This document shows positions 7,748 to 17,293 of a stretch of 23,790 bases of DNA, piece after piece. Every line of letters starts with the position of its first letter. Position 1 is the first letter of the stretch. Made by a program: the position numbers and the translations under genes. Source of the stretch: Pseudomonadota bacterium (GTDB taxonomy: Bacteria > Bdellovibrionota_G > JALEGL01 > DATDPG01); NCBI GenBank assembly GCA_043809315.1, contig JAZDDX010000030.1, forward strand, positions 1-23,790, written 5' to 3'. The notes under the pieces are model-generated. The model was not told the DNA's origin and did no database searches. It saw only the letters and a list, made by a program, of their open reading frames with translations.

Positions 7748-7846
7748 AAGAGTTGATCTAGCTGACGCGGCATGTTAGTTACCGTAGTCGCGAGAGAAGG
7801 GTCGTAGTACGTGAAGGATGAAGAAGAACGCTTAATCGAGGGAGCC

Positions 7847-8425
7847 ATGTTGGGAAACGAAACCACAAGAATCATTAAGAAATACCAGAACCGGAAACTC
7901 TACGACACGAAGGACAGCTGTTACATCACTCTTGAGGAGATCGCCGAGCTGATCCGAAAAGGGGAAGAGATCAAGGTGATCGACAACCGGACCAAGGGGG
8001 ACGTCACGTCGATCATTCTGACTCAGATCCTGGTCGATCAGGAAAAGGCCGCGAAGTCGATTCTTCCGCTCACCATGCTCCGCGAGATCATCCAGCGCGG
8101 GCAGGGTTCGCTCTTTGATTTCATCCAGAGGTACGTGCTTCTGGGCGTCGAGAACGAACAGGAACGGCAAAGCGAGGCGACGCGGTACATCGACCGTCTC
8201 GTCGTGCGCGGCGACCTGACCAAGGTCGAAGCGAAGAGCCTGCTCAAAGAAGTCCTCGACACCCCCGAACAGGGGCGGGTCGACTTCGACAACTACATCG
8301 GCGAGCGGGTTTCGGCGAGCGTCCGGGATGTGACAAAACTCTCGGAGATCGAGCTGAGTATCAAGGGGCTGAACGACAAGCTCGATTCGATCGAGCGAAA
8401 GCTCAGCGACTACGAGCACCGATAA
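7847..8425 (+). CDS. PhaR-like (PHA accumulation regulator) DNA-binding domain protein with a coiled-coil C-terminus
   Basis: RIIKKYQNRKLYDT..SCYITLEEIAELIR.GE.IKVIDNRT.GDVT..ILTQI matches the PHB_acc_N signature. GAGGGAG precedes ATG 7847; alternative start is GTG 7811. Confidence 0.85.
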   Translation: MLGNETTRIIKKYQNRKLYDTKDSCYITLEEIAELIRKGEEIKVIDNRTKGDVTSIILTQILVDQEKAAKSILPLTMLREIIQRGQGSLFDFIQRYVLLGVENEQERQSEATRYIDRLVVRGDLTKVEAKSLLKEVLDTPEQGRVDFDNYIGERVSASVRDVTKLSEIELSIKGLNDKLDSIERKLSDYEHR

Positions 8426-8443
8426 GCCGGACTCGATCCATCA

Positions 8444-9481
8444 TTGAACCGCCGCCTTCGAACGGTCCGTGCCGTACTTTGGGGGTTTGCGCTTTTCTCC
8501 GGAAACGCATTTGCGAATCCGCTTCTCGACACCGCCACATCTGATTCGCTGACCTTCCCGAAAGGGGACGGCCTCGCCGGCATCCAAACCTCCTATCGCA
8601 GGTCGGATCACTTCTTCATCGGAACGGACCGGCGAAGCACGGCGGCGGACGGCAGCTCCCTCGCATTCGACGACTTCATCTTGAGTTTTCGCGGAGCCTA
8701 CGGCCTCACCGATCGAATGACTCTTTGGCTGGAGCTTCCGGTCGTCTACCGGAGCGAAGGAGAAAAGTACGACGCCCAGGATCAGGGAGTGGGGGACACG
8801 ACCGCCGGCGTCCGTTATCTTCTCTTCGGAACGAGCGAGAAGACACAGGGGGCGTTCGACCTGAATGGACGATTCCCTTCCGGCGACACAGGGGTCGGAT
8901 TCGCCGATCCCGCGACCGGGCGAAAACCGAAGCTTCCACTCGGCACTGGTTGCTCGGAGATCGAACCGGGACTCTTCCTCCGCCACCGTTTCGGGAAAGT
9001 GCTATCGACCGATCTCGGCGCCTCCTATGCCTTCCGCCTTTCCGCTCTCGTTCAATACCTTTCGACCTCCAACATCGCCCTGACGGCAAGTGATGGAACG
9101 ACCATCTACCAACTGCCGGCCGGAAATCTCAAAATCGACTGGGGGGATCAGCTCACGCTCAGGGGACGGGTGGGGTTTGAGGTCACGCCGTCGTTCCACC
9201 TGGAAGCGGGGGCCGTCTGGTTCCACCGCTGGCCGACCCTGGTTCATTCCTTTGCGCTGACCCAGGCTGGGAACACGATCACGTCGGCCCCGCAGGATCT
9301 AGAGTCGGGAGCTTCCCGGCTCCTCTCCACCGAGCCGGCCCTCTCCCTCCGAATCAGCCGGCGTTGGCGGATCCGCGCCTCGGCTTCGATCCCGATCCTG
9401 GGGGACAACTACCCGGTTCTCCCGGTCGTCGAATCAGCGGTGGGGAACAGCTATCGACTGGAGGCGCACTATGAGTTTTAG
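8444..9481 (+). CDS. Putative outer-membrane beta-barrel channel (MetA/phenol-degradation 'transporter'-like)
   Basis: Signal peptide ending AFA, amphipathic strands, FRGAYGLTDRMTLWLELPVV, GVGDTTAGVRY, FPSG, PLGTG, and C-terminal YRLEAHYEF (terminal Phe). Confidence 0.7.
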   Translation: MNRRLRTVRAVLWGFALFSGNAFANPLLDTATSDSLTFPKGDGLAGIQTSYRRSDHFFIGTDRRSTAADGSSLAFDDFILSFRGAYGLTDRMTLWLELPVVYRSEGEKYDAQDQGVGDTTAGVRYLLFGTSEKTQGAFDLNGRFPSGDTGVGFADPATGRKPKLPLGTGCSEIEPGLFLRHRFGKVLSTDLGASYAFRLSALVQYLSTSNIALTASDGTTIYQLPAGNLKIDWGDQLTLRGRVGFEVTPSFHLEAGAVWFHRWPTLVHSFALTQAGNTITSAPQDLESGASRLLSTEPALSLRISRRWRIRASASIPILGDNYPVLPVVESAVGNSYRLEAHYEF

Positions 9482-12400
9482 GCGCGCGCTCTTTCTCCTC
9501 GTTCTCCTGACGGTCACCGGACCGGCGCAGGCCGACAACTATTCCGACATCTCCTGGCGCACGATCGATACCCCGCACTTCGTGATTCACTACTACACCG
9601 ACGTGGAATGGACCGCCCGGAAAGTAGCTCTGGTAGCGGAAGAGATCTATCCGAAGGTGACCGGAATCTACAAACAGGAGCCGACGCATCGAACGCACAT
9701 CATCGTGCGGGACGACGAGGACACATCGAACGGTTTCGCCGTCTTCAACCTCGGGGCGATCACGATCTGGGCCTCGCCGTCCGACCTCCGGCTGCGGGGC
9801 CGGCATGACTGGATTCAAGGTACGCTGACGCACGAGTTCGCGCATATCGTCTCTCTTCGCGCCGTGAGCGGCGGGGGATGGCTGATCGAAGGGATCCGGT
9901 TCGGCGGCGTCCGGAACACCGAATCGAACTCGAATCTGAAGATCGGGGGCACGGTCGTAATTCCCACCAACCCGTATTCCCGCTGGTGGGCGGAAGGAAC
10001 CGCACAGTTGGACGATGCGGCCGTCGGTTACGATCTCTGGGACTCGAACCAGGACATGATGCTCCGAACCGCCACGCTCGGGGGAACGCTCCTCTCGTTC
10101 GACCGGATGCGGAACATCTCGGTTCGCGAGCAGTACGACGGCGAGATGGTCTACAACCAGGGGTACGCTTTCCTCCTCTGGCTCCAGGAGAAATACGGCT
10201 CGGATGCCAACTTGAAAATCGCGCGGACGGCCGCTTCCAGCTGGAACCTCGATTTCGACCGGAACTTCGAACAAGCGATCGGGAAGAACGCCCGGGACCT
10301 CGACGCGGAATGGAAGTCGTTTCTCAAGGAGAAGTACGAAAAACAGACCGCAGAAATCCGCGCCCACCCGATCGAGGGGGAACGAATTCCGCTGCTCTCC
10401 TCCAAGGAACTCTCGACCGGAGACCCTGCAAATCACCCTTACAAGGACGGAATCTCCGCCGCCCTCCCGAGGTTTTCCCCCGACGGGCACTGGTTCAGCC
10501 GAGTGGAACGTTCGACCCTCCGTCTCCGATATCTCGACGAGCCGTTCGTTCTCAAATCCCCCGAACCGAACGAGGCCGACCCTGCCCCCTTGACGCTTTC
10601 CTTCCCGGGTCGCTCCTACAGCTGGGCTTCCGATTCGCGCCGTCTCGTCACATCCGAACGCCGCTCGAACGTACAGGGCGGTTATCCGTATCACGATCTT
10701 TTCATCGCCGATTTGGGTCGCGTCACCGATCTTCGAGCGACCTATCTTGCGGAGTTCCGAAATGCGCGCACGCCGAAAGAGCGGCAGAGATCGACCGACC
10801 GCTACACGTGGAAGCTCCAAGCGATCCGGGTTGAGCCGGCCCGGATCACGCGCAAGGCCCGCGCCACACGCCCCGCCTGGTCGCCGGACGGCAGTTGGAT
10901 CGCTTTCTCGGAGAACCGAGACGGGCATCGTCACCTGCGGTTGATCCGGCCCGACGGGACCGGTGCGAAAGACGTCGTCGCAATCGGCGGGGACAGCGAG
11001 GCGCTCGATCCGGCTTGGTCCCCCGACTCGAAGCAGATCGCATTCACCCTCTTCCATCACGATCAGTCGGACATCTGGATCGTCTCCCCCGATGGTGGGG
11101 AACCGAGACCGCTCACGCTCGATTTGGCGGCGGATCAGGAGCCGACCTTCACGCCGGACGGGAAGGAGATCGTCTTCGTCTCCGACCGGACCGGGATCTT
11201 CGACCTCTACCGGATCCCATCCACGCCTTCGCAGGAGCTCCTCAAGCCGGAGCCGGTGACACGGGTCACCACCGGGGCGTTCATGCCGTTCGTCGCCCCG
11301 ACGGGGAAAGAGTTGTTGTTCGTCGAGTACACCCCGTTCGGATTCAAGCCATACCGCCTGGCGTTCGGACCGCCAAATGCAACCCCGGAAACGGCAGGGC
11401 CCGTCCAGGAGGAACAGGTCCGCCGACAACTAACCCAGGAAGTTCTCCCTGCGCCACCACGCTCATCCAAATATTTCCCATGGCCGCGCCCGGTCCGCTT
11501 TTTTCCGACGTTCATTTTCGAGGGTCAGTTCAAGGCGGGGGCGGCCCTCCAGCTCTCCGACTACCTCGAGCAGCATCAGCTCTCGGCGTCGGCGATCTTC
11601 GGGGAGGATCAGGATTATCAGGTCTCGTACTGGAACCGGATGTTCAGTCCCGACATCTCTGCTTCGTATACCGCGTACATTCGGAACAATCCGTTCGCGT
11701 ACCTTTCGTCCAACCCGGCTTTTCCGGTCGGGGTCATGCGCGACAACATCCAGTTCGTGAATGCCGGTCTCTCGCAGGAGTACAACGTTCACCGCGGACT
11801 GGCCGGCACACACGGCATCTCTCTTTCCTACAACCGCCGCTGGGTCGACCGGAGACTCGGATTCCCGGTCCTGGTGAACGACAAACCGGAGACCGATTTC
11901 CGCCTCGTCACCAACGACGGATTTTCTCTCGACTGGTCGTACCGCCGCGTCCCGTCGGTTCCCGGTCGGGACTTCGACATCAACCCGAGGAACGCGACGT
12001 ACGCGTCGCTGGGGTACTCGTTCGTCCGGACGCGCCTCTTCTCTCCCGACACGAACATCCCCTCCCCCAACCAGCGTTACTCGTACCACGAGGGGATGTT
12101 CTCGTTTTCGAAATACGTCGCTATGCCCTGGACCGCTCCCTGGTGGTGCTGGCACACCTCCTGGCTGCGCCTCGTCGCGGGGATGAAGTCGCGGCAGGTC
12201 TCGGGGATCGACCAGTTCTACCTGGGGGGACGGATCAACTATCGGGCGTTCGGGCAGATCTCGAGCAACACGCTTTTTTACGGATACGAAGCGTTCGGAA
12301 TCTCAGGGGACTCGATGCTGCTCCTGACGACCGGGTACACCTTCCCGATCGCCCGCGCGATCGACAAGAAGAAGGGGTTCTTCTATTTCGACAGCCTCTA

Positions 12401-12677
12401 CGCCTCGATCTTCGGGGAGGTCGGAAACGCCTGGGACTTCGGCGAGATCAAGAACTTCCGGGAGAACCCGACACACGACCCGAAATTGGGGCAGGGGAAG
12501 TTCCTCCTCGAGGATGTCGGCGCCGAACTCCGGATGAAGTCGTTCCTCTTCAACGACGGCGGAAAATTCAACTCCGTCCTGCGCGTGGCGTACGGGTTCC
12601 AGGACAGCGCCGACTACGGCTTCGCCGCGGGAAACATCCCGATCCGGATTTATATCGGGATCGGAACCGATTTCTAA
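9471..12677 (+). CDS. Outer-membrane protein: gluzincin (peptidase MA-like) domain + PD40/TolB propeller + Omp85/BamA-like barrel
   Basis: 1068 aa; signal peptide AQA; WRTIDTPHF; THEFAH (HEXXH at 9831-9845) with downstream WWAEG; PD40 repeats PRFSPDG, PAWSPDG, PAWSPDS, PTFTPDG, FVAPTG; beta-rich C-terminus with FYLGG, FGEVGNAW, DVGAELR, ending IYIGIGTDF. Confidence 0.85.
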   Translation: MSFRRALFLLVLLTVTGPAQADNYSDISWRTIDTPHFVIHYYTDVEWTARKVALVAEEIYPKVTGIYKQEPTHRTHIIVRDDEDTSNGFAVFNLGAITIWASPSDLRLRGRHDWIQGTLTHEFAHIVSLRAVSGGGWLIEGIRFGGVRNTESNSNLKIGGTVVIPTNPYSRWWAEGTAQLDDAAVGYDLWDSNQDMMLRTATLGGTLLSFDRMRNISVREQYDGEMVYNQGYAFLLWLQEKYGSDANLKIARTAASSWNLDFDRNFEQAIGKNARDLDAEWKSFLKEKYEKQTAEIRAHPIEGERIPLLSSKELSTGDPANHPYKDGISAALPRFSPDGHWFSRVERSTLRLRYLDEPFVLKSPEPNEADPAPLTLSFPGRSYSWASDSRRLVTSERRSNVQGGYPYHDLFIADLGRVTDLRATYLAEFRNARTPKERQRSTDRYTWKLQAIRVEPARITRKARATRPAWSPDGSWIAFSENRDGHRHLRLIRPDGTGAKDVVAIGGDSEALDPAWSPDSKQIAFTLFHHDQSDIWIVSPDGGEPRPLTLDLAADQEPTFTPDGKEIVFVSDRTGIFDLYRIPSTPSQELLKPEPVTRVTTGAFMPFVAPTGKELLFVEYTPFGFKPYRLAFGPPNATPETAGPVQEEQVRRQLTQEVLPAPPRSSKYFPWPRPVRFFPTFIFEGQFKAGAALQLSDYLEQHQLSASAIFGEDQDYQVSYWNRMFSPDISASYTAYIRNNPFAYLSSNPAFPVGVMRDNIQFVNAGLSQEYNVHRGLAGTHGISLSYNRRWVDRRLGFPVLVNDKPETDFRLVTNDGFSLDWSYRRVPSVPGRDFDINPRNATYASLGYSFVRTRLFSPDTNIPSPNQRYSYHEGMFSFSKYVAMPWTAPWWCWHTSWLRLVAGMKSRQVSGIDQFYLGGRINYRAFGQISSNTLFYGYEAFGISGDSMLLLTTGYTFPIARAIDKKKGFFYFDSLYASIFGEVGNAWDFGEIKNFRENPTHDPKLGQGKFLLEDVGAELRMKSFLFNDGGKFNSVLRVAYGFQDSADYGFAAGNIPIRIYIGIGTDF

Positions 12678-12686
12678 ACGATCGGC

Positions 12687-13226
12687 TTACTTAGCCGGCC
12701 GGATGGCCGTCGAGGTGCTTAAGAAGAGCTCTCCCTTTGCCAGGGGAGTTTGGTCGTTGTCATGAACGGTCAGCTTACCGAAGACGTCCGTACCCGACCC
12801 GAACCAGCTCCCCCGGTATTTGGCGTCGACTTTCATCTGCATCAGGATCGGCCGATTCAGTTCGACATGATCCTTGGCCGGAACCGAAAGATCCGCCGGA
12901 AGTTTGTGGGGATCCACGACAGCAAAGTTACATGCAACCGTCGAGCCTCCATCAACCGGAACATTCTTCACCTCGAACACACAGGTGAGCGGGCCGGAAG
13001 GGCCGGTGTGAGGAACGACGGCCGCTACATCGACCGCGGCACGAACATCGTAGGTGTTGTTGTGACGGGTCACGAGATCTTGGTAACAGACCGTTACAGT
13101 TTCTCCGGTCGGCTGAACCACCATCTGCATCTTCGGATTGCTTTCGCAAGCCAATGCGGCCCGCGAACCTGAGAGCAGAACCCCCGATAACGCCAGACCC
13201 ACCAAAAACCCACATCTAATATTCAT
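12687..13226 (-). CDS. Hypothetical secreted beta-rich protein
   Basis: 179 aa from ATG 13226 (AGGGGGA SD upstream), signal peptide MNIRCGFLVGLALSGVLLSGSRAALA, four Cys in the mature part. No family recognised. Confidence 0.7.
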   Translation of the reverse strand: MNIRCGFLVGLALSGVLLSGSRAALACESNPKMQMVVQPTGETVTVCYQDLVTRHNNTYDVRAAVDVAAVVPHTGPSGPLTCVFEVKNVPVDGGSTVACNFAVVDPHKLPADLSVPAKDHVELNRPILMQMKVDAKYRGSWFGSGTDVFGKLTVHDNDQTPLAKGELFLSTSTAIRPAK

Positions 13227-13254
13227 GCATTCCCCCTGTATATTTATGCGCCGC

Positions 13255-13283
13255 TTTATAAAGGAAATGACGCTCGAGGTCAA
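13255..13283 (-). promoter_or_regulatory. Sigma70 promoter for the 12687-13226 gene
   Basis: Minus strand TTGACC(13283-13278)-17 bp-TATAAA(13260-13255), in the AT-rich gap after the glmS stop. Confidence 0.6.
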
Positions 13284-13304
13284 GAAACAATTAACGGGTC
13301 CGGA

Positions 13305-15128
13305 TTATTCGACCGTGACCGATTTCGCCAAATTCCGCGGCTGGTCGACGTCGGTCCCGCGTTTGTCGGCGAAATGGTACGCCAGAAGCTGGAGCGGGAT
13401 CGCTTCGATGATCGGCCGGATGAAGTCCGCCACGACGGGAATCTCGATCGTCATCGTCGAGAGCCGGGCGAGGTCCTTGTCCCCCTCCGAAACCACGGCG
13501 ATCACTCGCCCCCCCCGAGCGCGTACTTCTTCGATATTGCTCATCATTTTAGCCTGAGTCGGCCCCCCGGTGGCGAGCGCCACGATCGGCATCTTCTCGT
13601 CGATCAGGGCGATCGGGCCGTGCTTCATCTCCCCTCCCGCATACCCTTCCGCATGGATGTACGAGATCTCCTTCAGCTTGAGCGCCCCCTCCAAGGCGAT
13701 CGGATAACTCGACCCTCTTCCTAAGAAGAGGAAGTGACTGACGTTCAGAAACTTGGTCGCCACCGCCTGTGTCGCCGCATCCGACCTGAGCGCTGCTTCG
13801 GCCATCTTCGGAAGGGTTAAGAGAGCGCGGATATGATCCGTCAACGCCTCCCTCCCGATCGCATCCCGCATCTTCGCGAAGTGAAGGGCGATCAGCGCCA
13901 GAACGCAGAGTTGTGTCGTGAACGCCTTCGTCGAGGCGACGCCGATCTCCGGACCCGCATGGGTGTATAGAACGCCGTCCGACTTGCGCGTGATCGAGCT
14001 GTCGACCACGTTGCAGATCGACAATATCTTCGCCCCGCCCCGTTTCGCCTCTTCGAGCGCGGCCAGCGTATCGGCCGTCTCCCCCGATTGGGAGATGACG
14101 ATGAGAAGTGTGTGCGGATCGACGACCGGTTTCCGATACCGGTATTCCGACGCGAGATCGACCTCGACCGGGATCCGGGCGAGCGACTCGATCCAGTACT
14201 TCCCGACCAGGGCCGCGTGCCAGGATGTGCCGCACGCGACGATCACGATCCGGGAGATCCCATTCTCTTTTGCAAGCATCACATCGTCGAGAATCACCTC
14301 ACCGGTTGATTCGACAATCCGCCCCCGGAGCGTGTCTGCGAGCACGCCCGGCTGCTCGTGGATCTCCTTCAACATGAAATGTTTGAACCCTTCCTTCTCC
14401 GCCATCACCCGCGACCAGGTGATGTGCTTCGGTTTCCGCTGGATCGATTTCCCGTGGAAATCGCAGAGCCGGACCCGGTCTTTCTCAAGAACCGCCATCT
14501 CGCCGTCCTCGAGAACGATCACGTCGCGCGTGTGGTCGAGTAACGCCGGGATGTCGGACGCGAGGAAGTTCTCCCCCTTGCCGATCCCGAGGATCAGAGG
14601 ACTCGCGTTCTTGACGGCGATGATCTTGTCCGGCTCGGTGCTGCTCAAGACGGCGAACGCAAACGCCCCCCGGATCTCCTCGATCGCCTTCCGGACCGCT
14701 TCTTCCAAGGGGATCCGGCTTCTCATGTGGAATTCGATCAGGAATGGAACGATCTCGGTGTCGGTCTCGGAGGCAAACGTGAACCCCTCGGCCGTCAGCT
14801 TTTTCCGGAGGTCGAGGTAATTCTCGATGATCCCGTTGTGGATTACGACCACATGTTCGGATCGATGCGGGTGAGCGTTCTCATCCGACGGCTTCCCGTG
14901 GGTCGCCCACCGGGTGTGCCCAATTCCAACATTTCCTGCGAGATTCCGTCCGAAAAGCTTCGCCTCGAGGTCGCTGAGCTTCCCCTTGGAGCGCTCGATG
15001 GAGAGCTCGTTCCCGCGGCAAACGGCGATCCCGGCCGAGTCATACCCCCGGTATTCGAGCCTACGAAGCCCTTCGATCAGGATCGGCGCTGCCTCGCGCC
15101 CCCCCACATATCCCATAATCCCGCACAT
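13305..15128 (-). CDS. glmS: Glutamine--fructose-6-phosphate transaminase (isomerizing)
   Basis: N-terminal MCGI, EYRGYDSAG, GHTRWATHG, HNGIIEN, SQSGETADT, VASTKAF, KLKEISY, EMKHGP, C-terminal DQPRNLAKSVTVE. Confidence 0.98.
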   Translation of the reverse strand: MCGIMGYVGGREAAPILIEGLRRLEYRGYDSAGIAVCRGNELSIERSKGKLSDLEAKLFGRNLAGNVGIGHTRWATHGKPSDENAHPHRSEHVVVIHNGIIENYLDLRKKLTAEGFTFASETDTEIVPFLIEFHMRSRIPLEEAVRKAIEEIRGAFAFAVLSSTEPDKIIAVKNASPLILGIGKGENFLASDIPALLDHTRDVIVLEDGEMAVLEKDRVRLCDFHGKSIQRKPKHITWSRVMAEKEGFKHFMLKEIHEQPGVLADTLRGRIVESTGEVILDDVMLAKENGISRIVIVACGTSWHAALVGKYWIESLARIPVEVDLASEYRYRKPVVDPHTLLIVISQSGETADTLAALEEAKRGGAKILSICNVVDSSITRKSDGVLYTHAGPEIGVASTKAFTTQLCVLALIALHFAKMRDAIGREALTDHIRALLTLPKMAEAALRSDAATQAVATKFLNVSHFLFLGRGSSYPIALEGALKLKEISYIHAEGYAGGEMKHGPIALIDEKMPIVALATGGPTQAKMMSNIEEVRARGGRVIAVVSEGDKDLARLSTMTIEIPVVADFIRPIIEAIPLQLLAYHFADKRGTDVDQPRNLAKSVTVE

Positions 15129-15160
15129 CGTCCGTGATCCGCCTTCCTTTGAGTTTCGAG

Positions 15161-15190
15161 AGTTTAGGGGAATCTATGGTTGATTGGCAA
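15161..15190 (-). promoter_or_regulatory. Candidate sigma70 promoter for glmS, overlapping a divergent kinase promoter region
   Basis: Minus strand TTGCCA(15190-15185)-18 bp-TAAACT(15166-15161), followed by SD-like AAGGAAGG. On the plus strand, TTGATT(15180)-18 bp-CATAAT(15204) points at the kinase. Confidence 0.4.
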
Positions 15191-15222
15191 AGGGTAAGTT
15201 CGTCATAATAGGGGTCCCCCGC

Positions 15223-17277
15223 ATGGAGTACAACTACCCCGTAAGATTTGGGAAATATCTTCTGACCCGCCGCCTCGCGGTCGGAGGAATGGCGGAGGTC
15301 TTCAAGGGGAAGTTGATCGGCCCGAAGGGATTCGAGAAGACGCTCGCACTCAAGAGGATCCTTCCGGAGTTCGGCGAGGACGAGGAGTTCGTCCAGATGT
15401 TCGTCGACGAGGCGCGGATCTCGTCGAACCTCCATCACAAGAACATCGTCCAGGTCTTCGATTTCGGTGAAGTGGCGCGCTCCTACTACATCGCGATGGA
15501 GTTCGTCGACGGCCCGAACTTGAAGAACCTTCTCCAGCGTTGCGTGAAGGACCGCGGGCGCTTCCCCCGCGACTATTCCCTCTACATCGCTCTCCAGATC
15601 GCGGAGGCGCTGGAGTACGCGCACAACGTCCGGGTCGAGGGAAAAGATGTCCTGAACCTGATCCACCGCGATGTCAGCCCGCAGAACGTCCTGGTTTCGC
15701 GCGACGGAGAGGTAAAGATCACCGATTTCGGGATCGCCAAGGCGACGATCAAGCTCTCGCACACCCAACCGGGAAAGATTCAGGGGAAGCTCTCGTACAT
15801 GTCCCCCGAGCAGGCCGTGGGGCGCGCGCTCGACCGGCGCTCCGACATCTTCTCCCTCGGCGTGATCATGTTCGAGCTCTTCTCGGGGGTGAAGGTCTAC
15901 GCCGGAGAGGACACCATTCAGCGCTACAACGAGGTCCGCGAAGCGAAGATCCCGCGTCTGGCGACCCTCGTTCCGGACCTCCCTTCTCAGGCGGAATCGC
16001 TCGTCATGAGGATGCTCTCGAAAGATCCGGCGGATCGGCCGCAGAGCTGTGCCGAAGTGATCCGGGAGCTTTCCGACGTGATGGGGGGGATCTCACTCGG
16101 CCACCTTCCGGGGGACATCGGAACTCTCATCAGCGAACTTTTCCCCCAGGAACCGAGCGACTCCGGCATCGGGCGCCGGGTTGCGGAGATCGCGGAACGG
16201 AATGCGCACGACCGGGAGGGGGCGACCGACGTCGATCATGCCCCGCCCCTGGAAAGGTCGCGCCGGGAAGGGGTCACGAAACCGGCGATCGGGGATGCGA
16301 CGATCTTATCCGGTGCGACGGAAATTTTCGGCCTGAAGCGGCAGACCTGGCGGCCGGTGATCCTCCTTTCGCTTCTGGCGGCGGTATCGGTCGTCTGGTT
16401 CCTCTTCCACGAGCGCCCGGATCGCGAGACTCCGATCGGAACCCCGGAAAATGCTTCGTCCGGGGATCTTCCTCTCGCCGCGGCGAACCGACGGGGGCCG
16501 GTCGACGCCGACCTGATGTCCCAGATCCAATCGGCGGAGGCGCGCGCCCGACAGCTCGAGCAGGACGTTCAACAGGCGAACCGGGAGGTGGAGGAGGCAG
16601 GAAAGAAACTCGAACAGAAGGATCGGCAGATCGAGGAACTGGCCGAGGCGGCCAGCGTCATCAAACCCCCCTGCCCGTCCGATATGGTCCTGATCCACGG
16701 CGGAACGTTCTACTTCGGATCGGACCGGAGCGATTCCGACCGGAACGACCTGGTCGAAAAAGAGGCGGAGCAATTCCCGGTCCAGTCGTTCTGCATCGAC
16801 CGGTACGAATACCCGAACCGGAAAGGGGGAACGCCGGTCGCGGGGGTCACCTGGGCCGGGGCCCAGGCCTCCTGCACGAAGCACGGGAAACGCCTCTGCG
16901 CTCAGGAGGAGTGGGAGCGGACCTGCAAGGGACCGCTCACCGGGGGACGGAACCGCCGGTACCCGTACGGGGAAACAGGCGATCCGCTCATCTGCAACAC
17001 GAAAGGGGACAAGGAAGGGGGTGTCGACGGAGAACGCGCCGTCGCAGGATCGGGCACTTTCGAACGGTGCGTGACGAAAGAGGGGGTCTTTGACATGAGC
17101 GGAAACGTCGACGAGTGGACCCTTTCTCCCGGGCAATTCAATTCGGAGAGCCGCGTGACGAAGGGGGGTTCGAGCCATCGCCCCATCTATCAAGCGCGCT
17201 GTCCCTCGGTCCGGGAGGTGATGGCCTCCACCGGCGAACCGGACGTCGGCTTTCGCTGTTGCAAAGACGCGATTTAA
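15223..17277 (+). CDS. Membrane-anchored Hanks-type Ser/Thr kinase with coiled coil and extracytoplasmic FGE/SUMF1 (sulfatase-modifying-factor-like) domain
   Basis: GGMAEVF, ALKRI, HRDVSPQN, DFG, GKLSYMSPEQ, DIFSLG; TM segment VILLSLLAAVSVVWFLF; heptad region; CPSDMV, FCIDRYEYPN, GKRLC..EEWE, YPYG, DMSGNVDEW, KGGS, GFRCC. Confidence 0.92.
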   Translation: MEYNYPVRFGKYLLTRRLAVGGMAEVFKGKLIGPKGFEKTLALKRILPEFGEDEEFVQMFVDEARISSNLHHKNIVQVFDFGEVARSYYIAMEFVDGPNLKNLLQRCVKDRGRFPRDYSLYIALQIAEALEYAHNVRVEGKDVLNLIHRDVSPQNVLVSRDGEVKITDFGIAKATIKLSHTQPGKIQGKLSYMSPEQAVGRALDRRSDIFSLGVIMFELFSGVKVYAGEDTIQRYNEVREAKIPRLATLVPDLPSQAESLVMRMLSKDPADRPQSCAEVIRELSDVMGGISLGHLPGDIGTLISELFPQEPSDSGIGRRVAEIAERNAHDREGATDVDHAPPLERSRREGVTKPAIGDATILSGATEIFGLKRQTWRPVILLSLLAAVSVVWFLFHERPDRETPIGTPENASSGDLPLAAANRRGPVDADLMSQIQSAEARARQLEQDVQQANREVEEAGKKLEQKDRQIEELAEAASVIKPPCPSDMVLIHGGTFYFGSDRSDSDRNDLVEKEAEQFPVQSFCIDRYEYPNRKGGTPVAGVTWAGAQASCTKHGKRLCAQEEWERTCKGPLTGGRNRRYPYGETGDPLICNTKGDKEGGVDGERAVAGSGTFERCVTKEGVFDMSGNVDEWTLSPGQFNSESRVTKGGSSHRPIYQARCPSVREVMASTGEPDVGFRCCKDAI

Positions 17278-17293
17278 CCTACCATAGGCCCCC

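Noticed and set aside
7714-7846. PhaR operator (TGC-rich dyad) upstream of the PhaR-like gene
   Set aside because: Only a half-site-like GCTGCA is present, with no convincing dyad.
9354-12694. Long alternative-frame and antisense ORFs (691 aa, 599 aa and similar ones across the window)
   Set aside because: They lie over well-supported genes, have Arg/Gly/Pro-biased composition and show no motifs, which is typical of GC-rich shadow ORFs.
13227-13340. Tn7 insertion at attTn7
   Set aside because: The conserved glmS 3' end is present, but there are no tns genes, TnsB-site repeats or identifiable transposon ends.
15129-15222. glmS ribozyme upstream of glmS
   Set aside because: The intergenic region is only 94 bp, the candidate promoter implies a ~26-nt leader, and I recognised no ribozyme core.
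16660-17277. FGE/CLec domain as a diversity-generating retroelement target
   Set aside because: No reverse transcriptase and no template/variable repeat pair were seen in the window.
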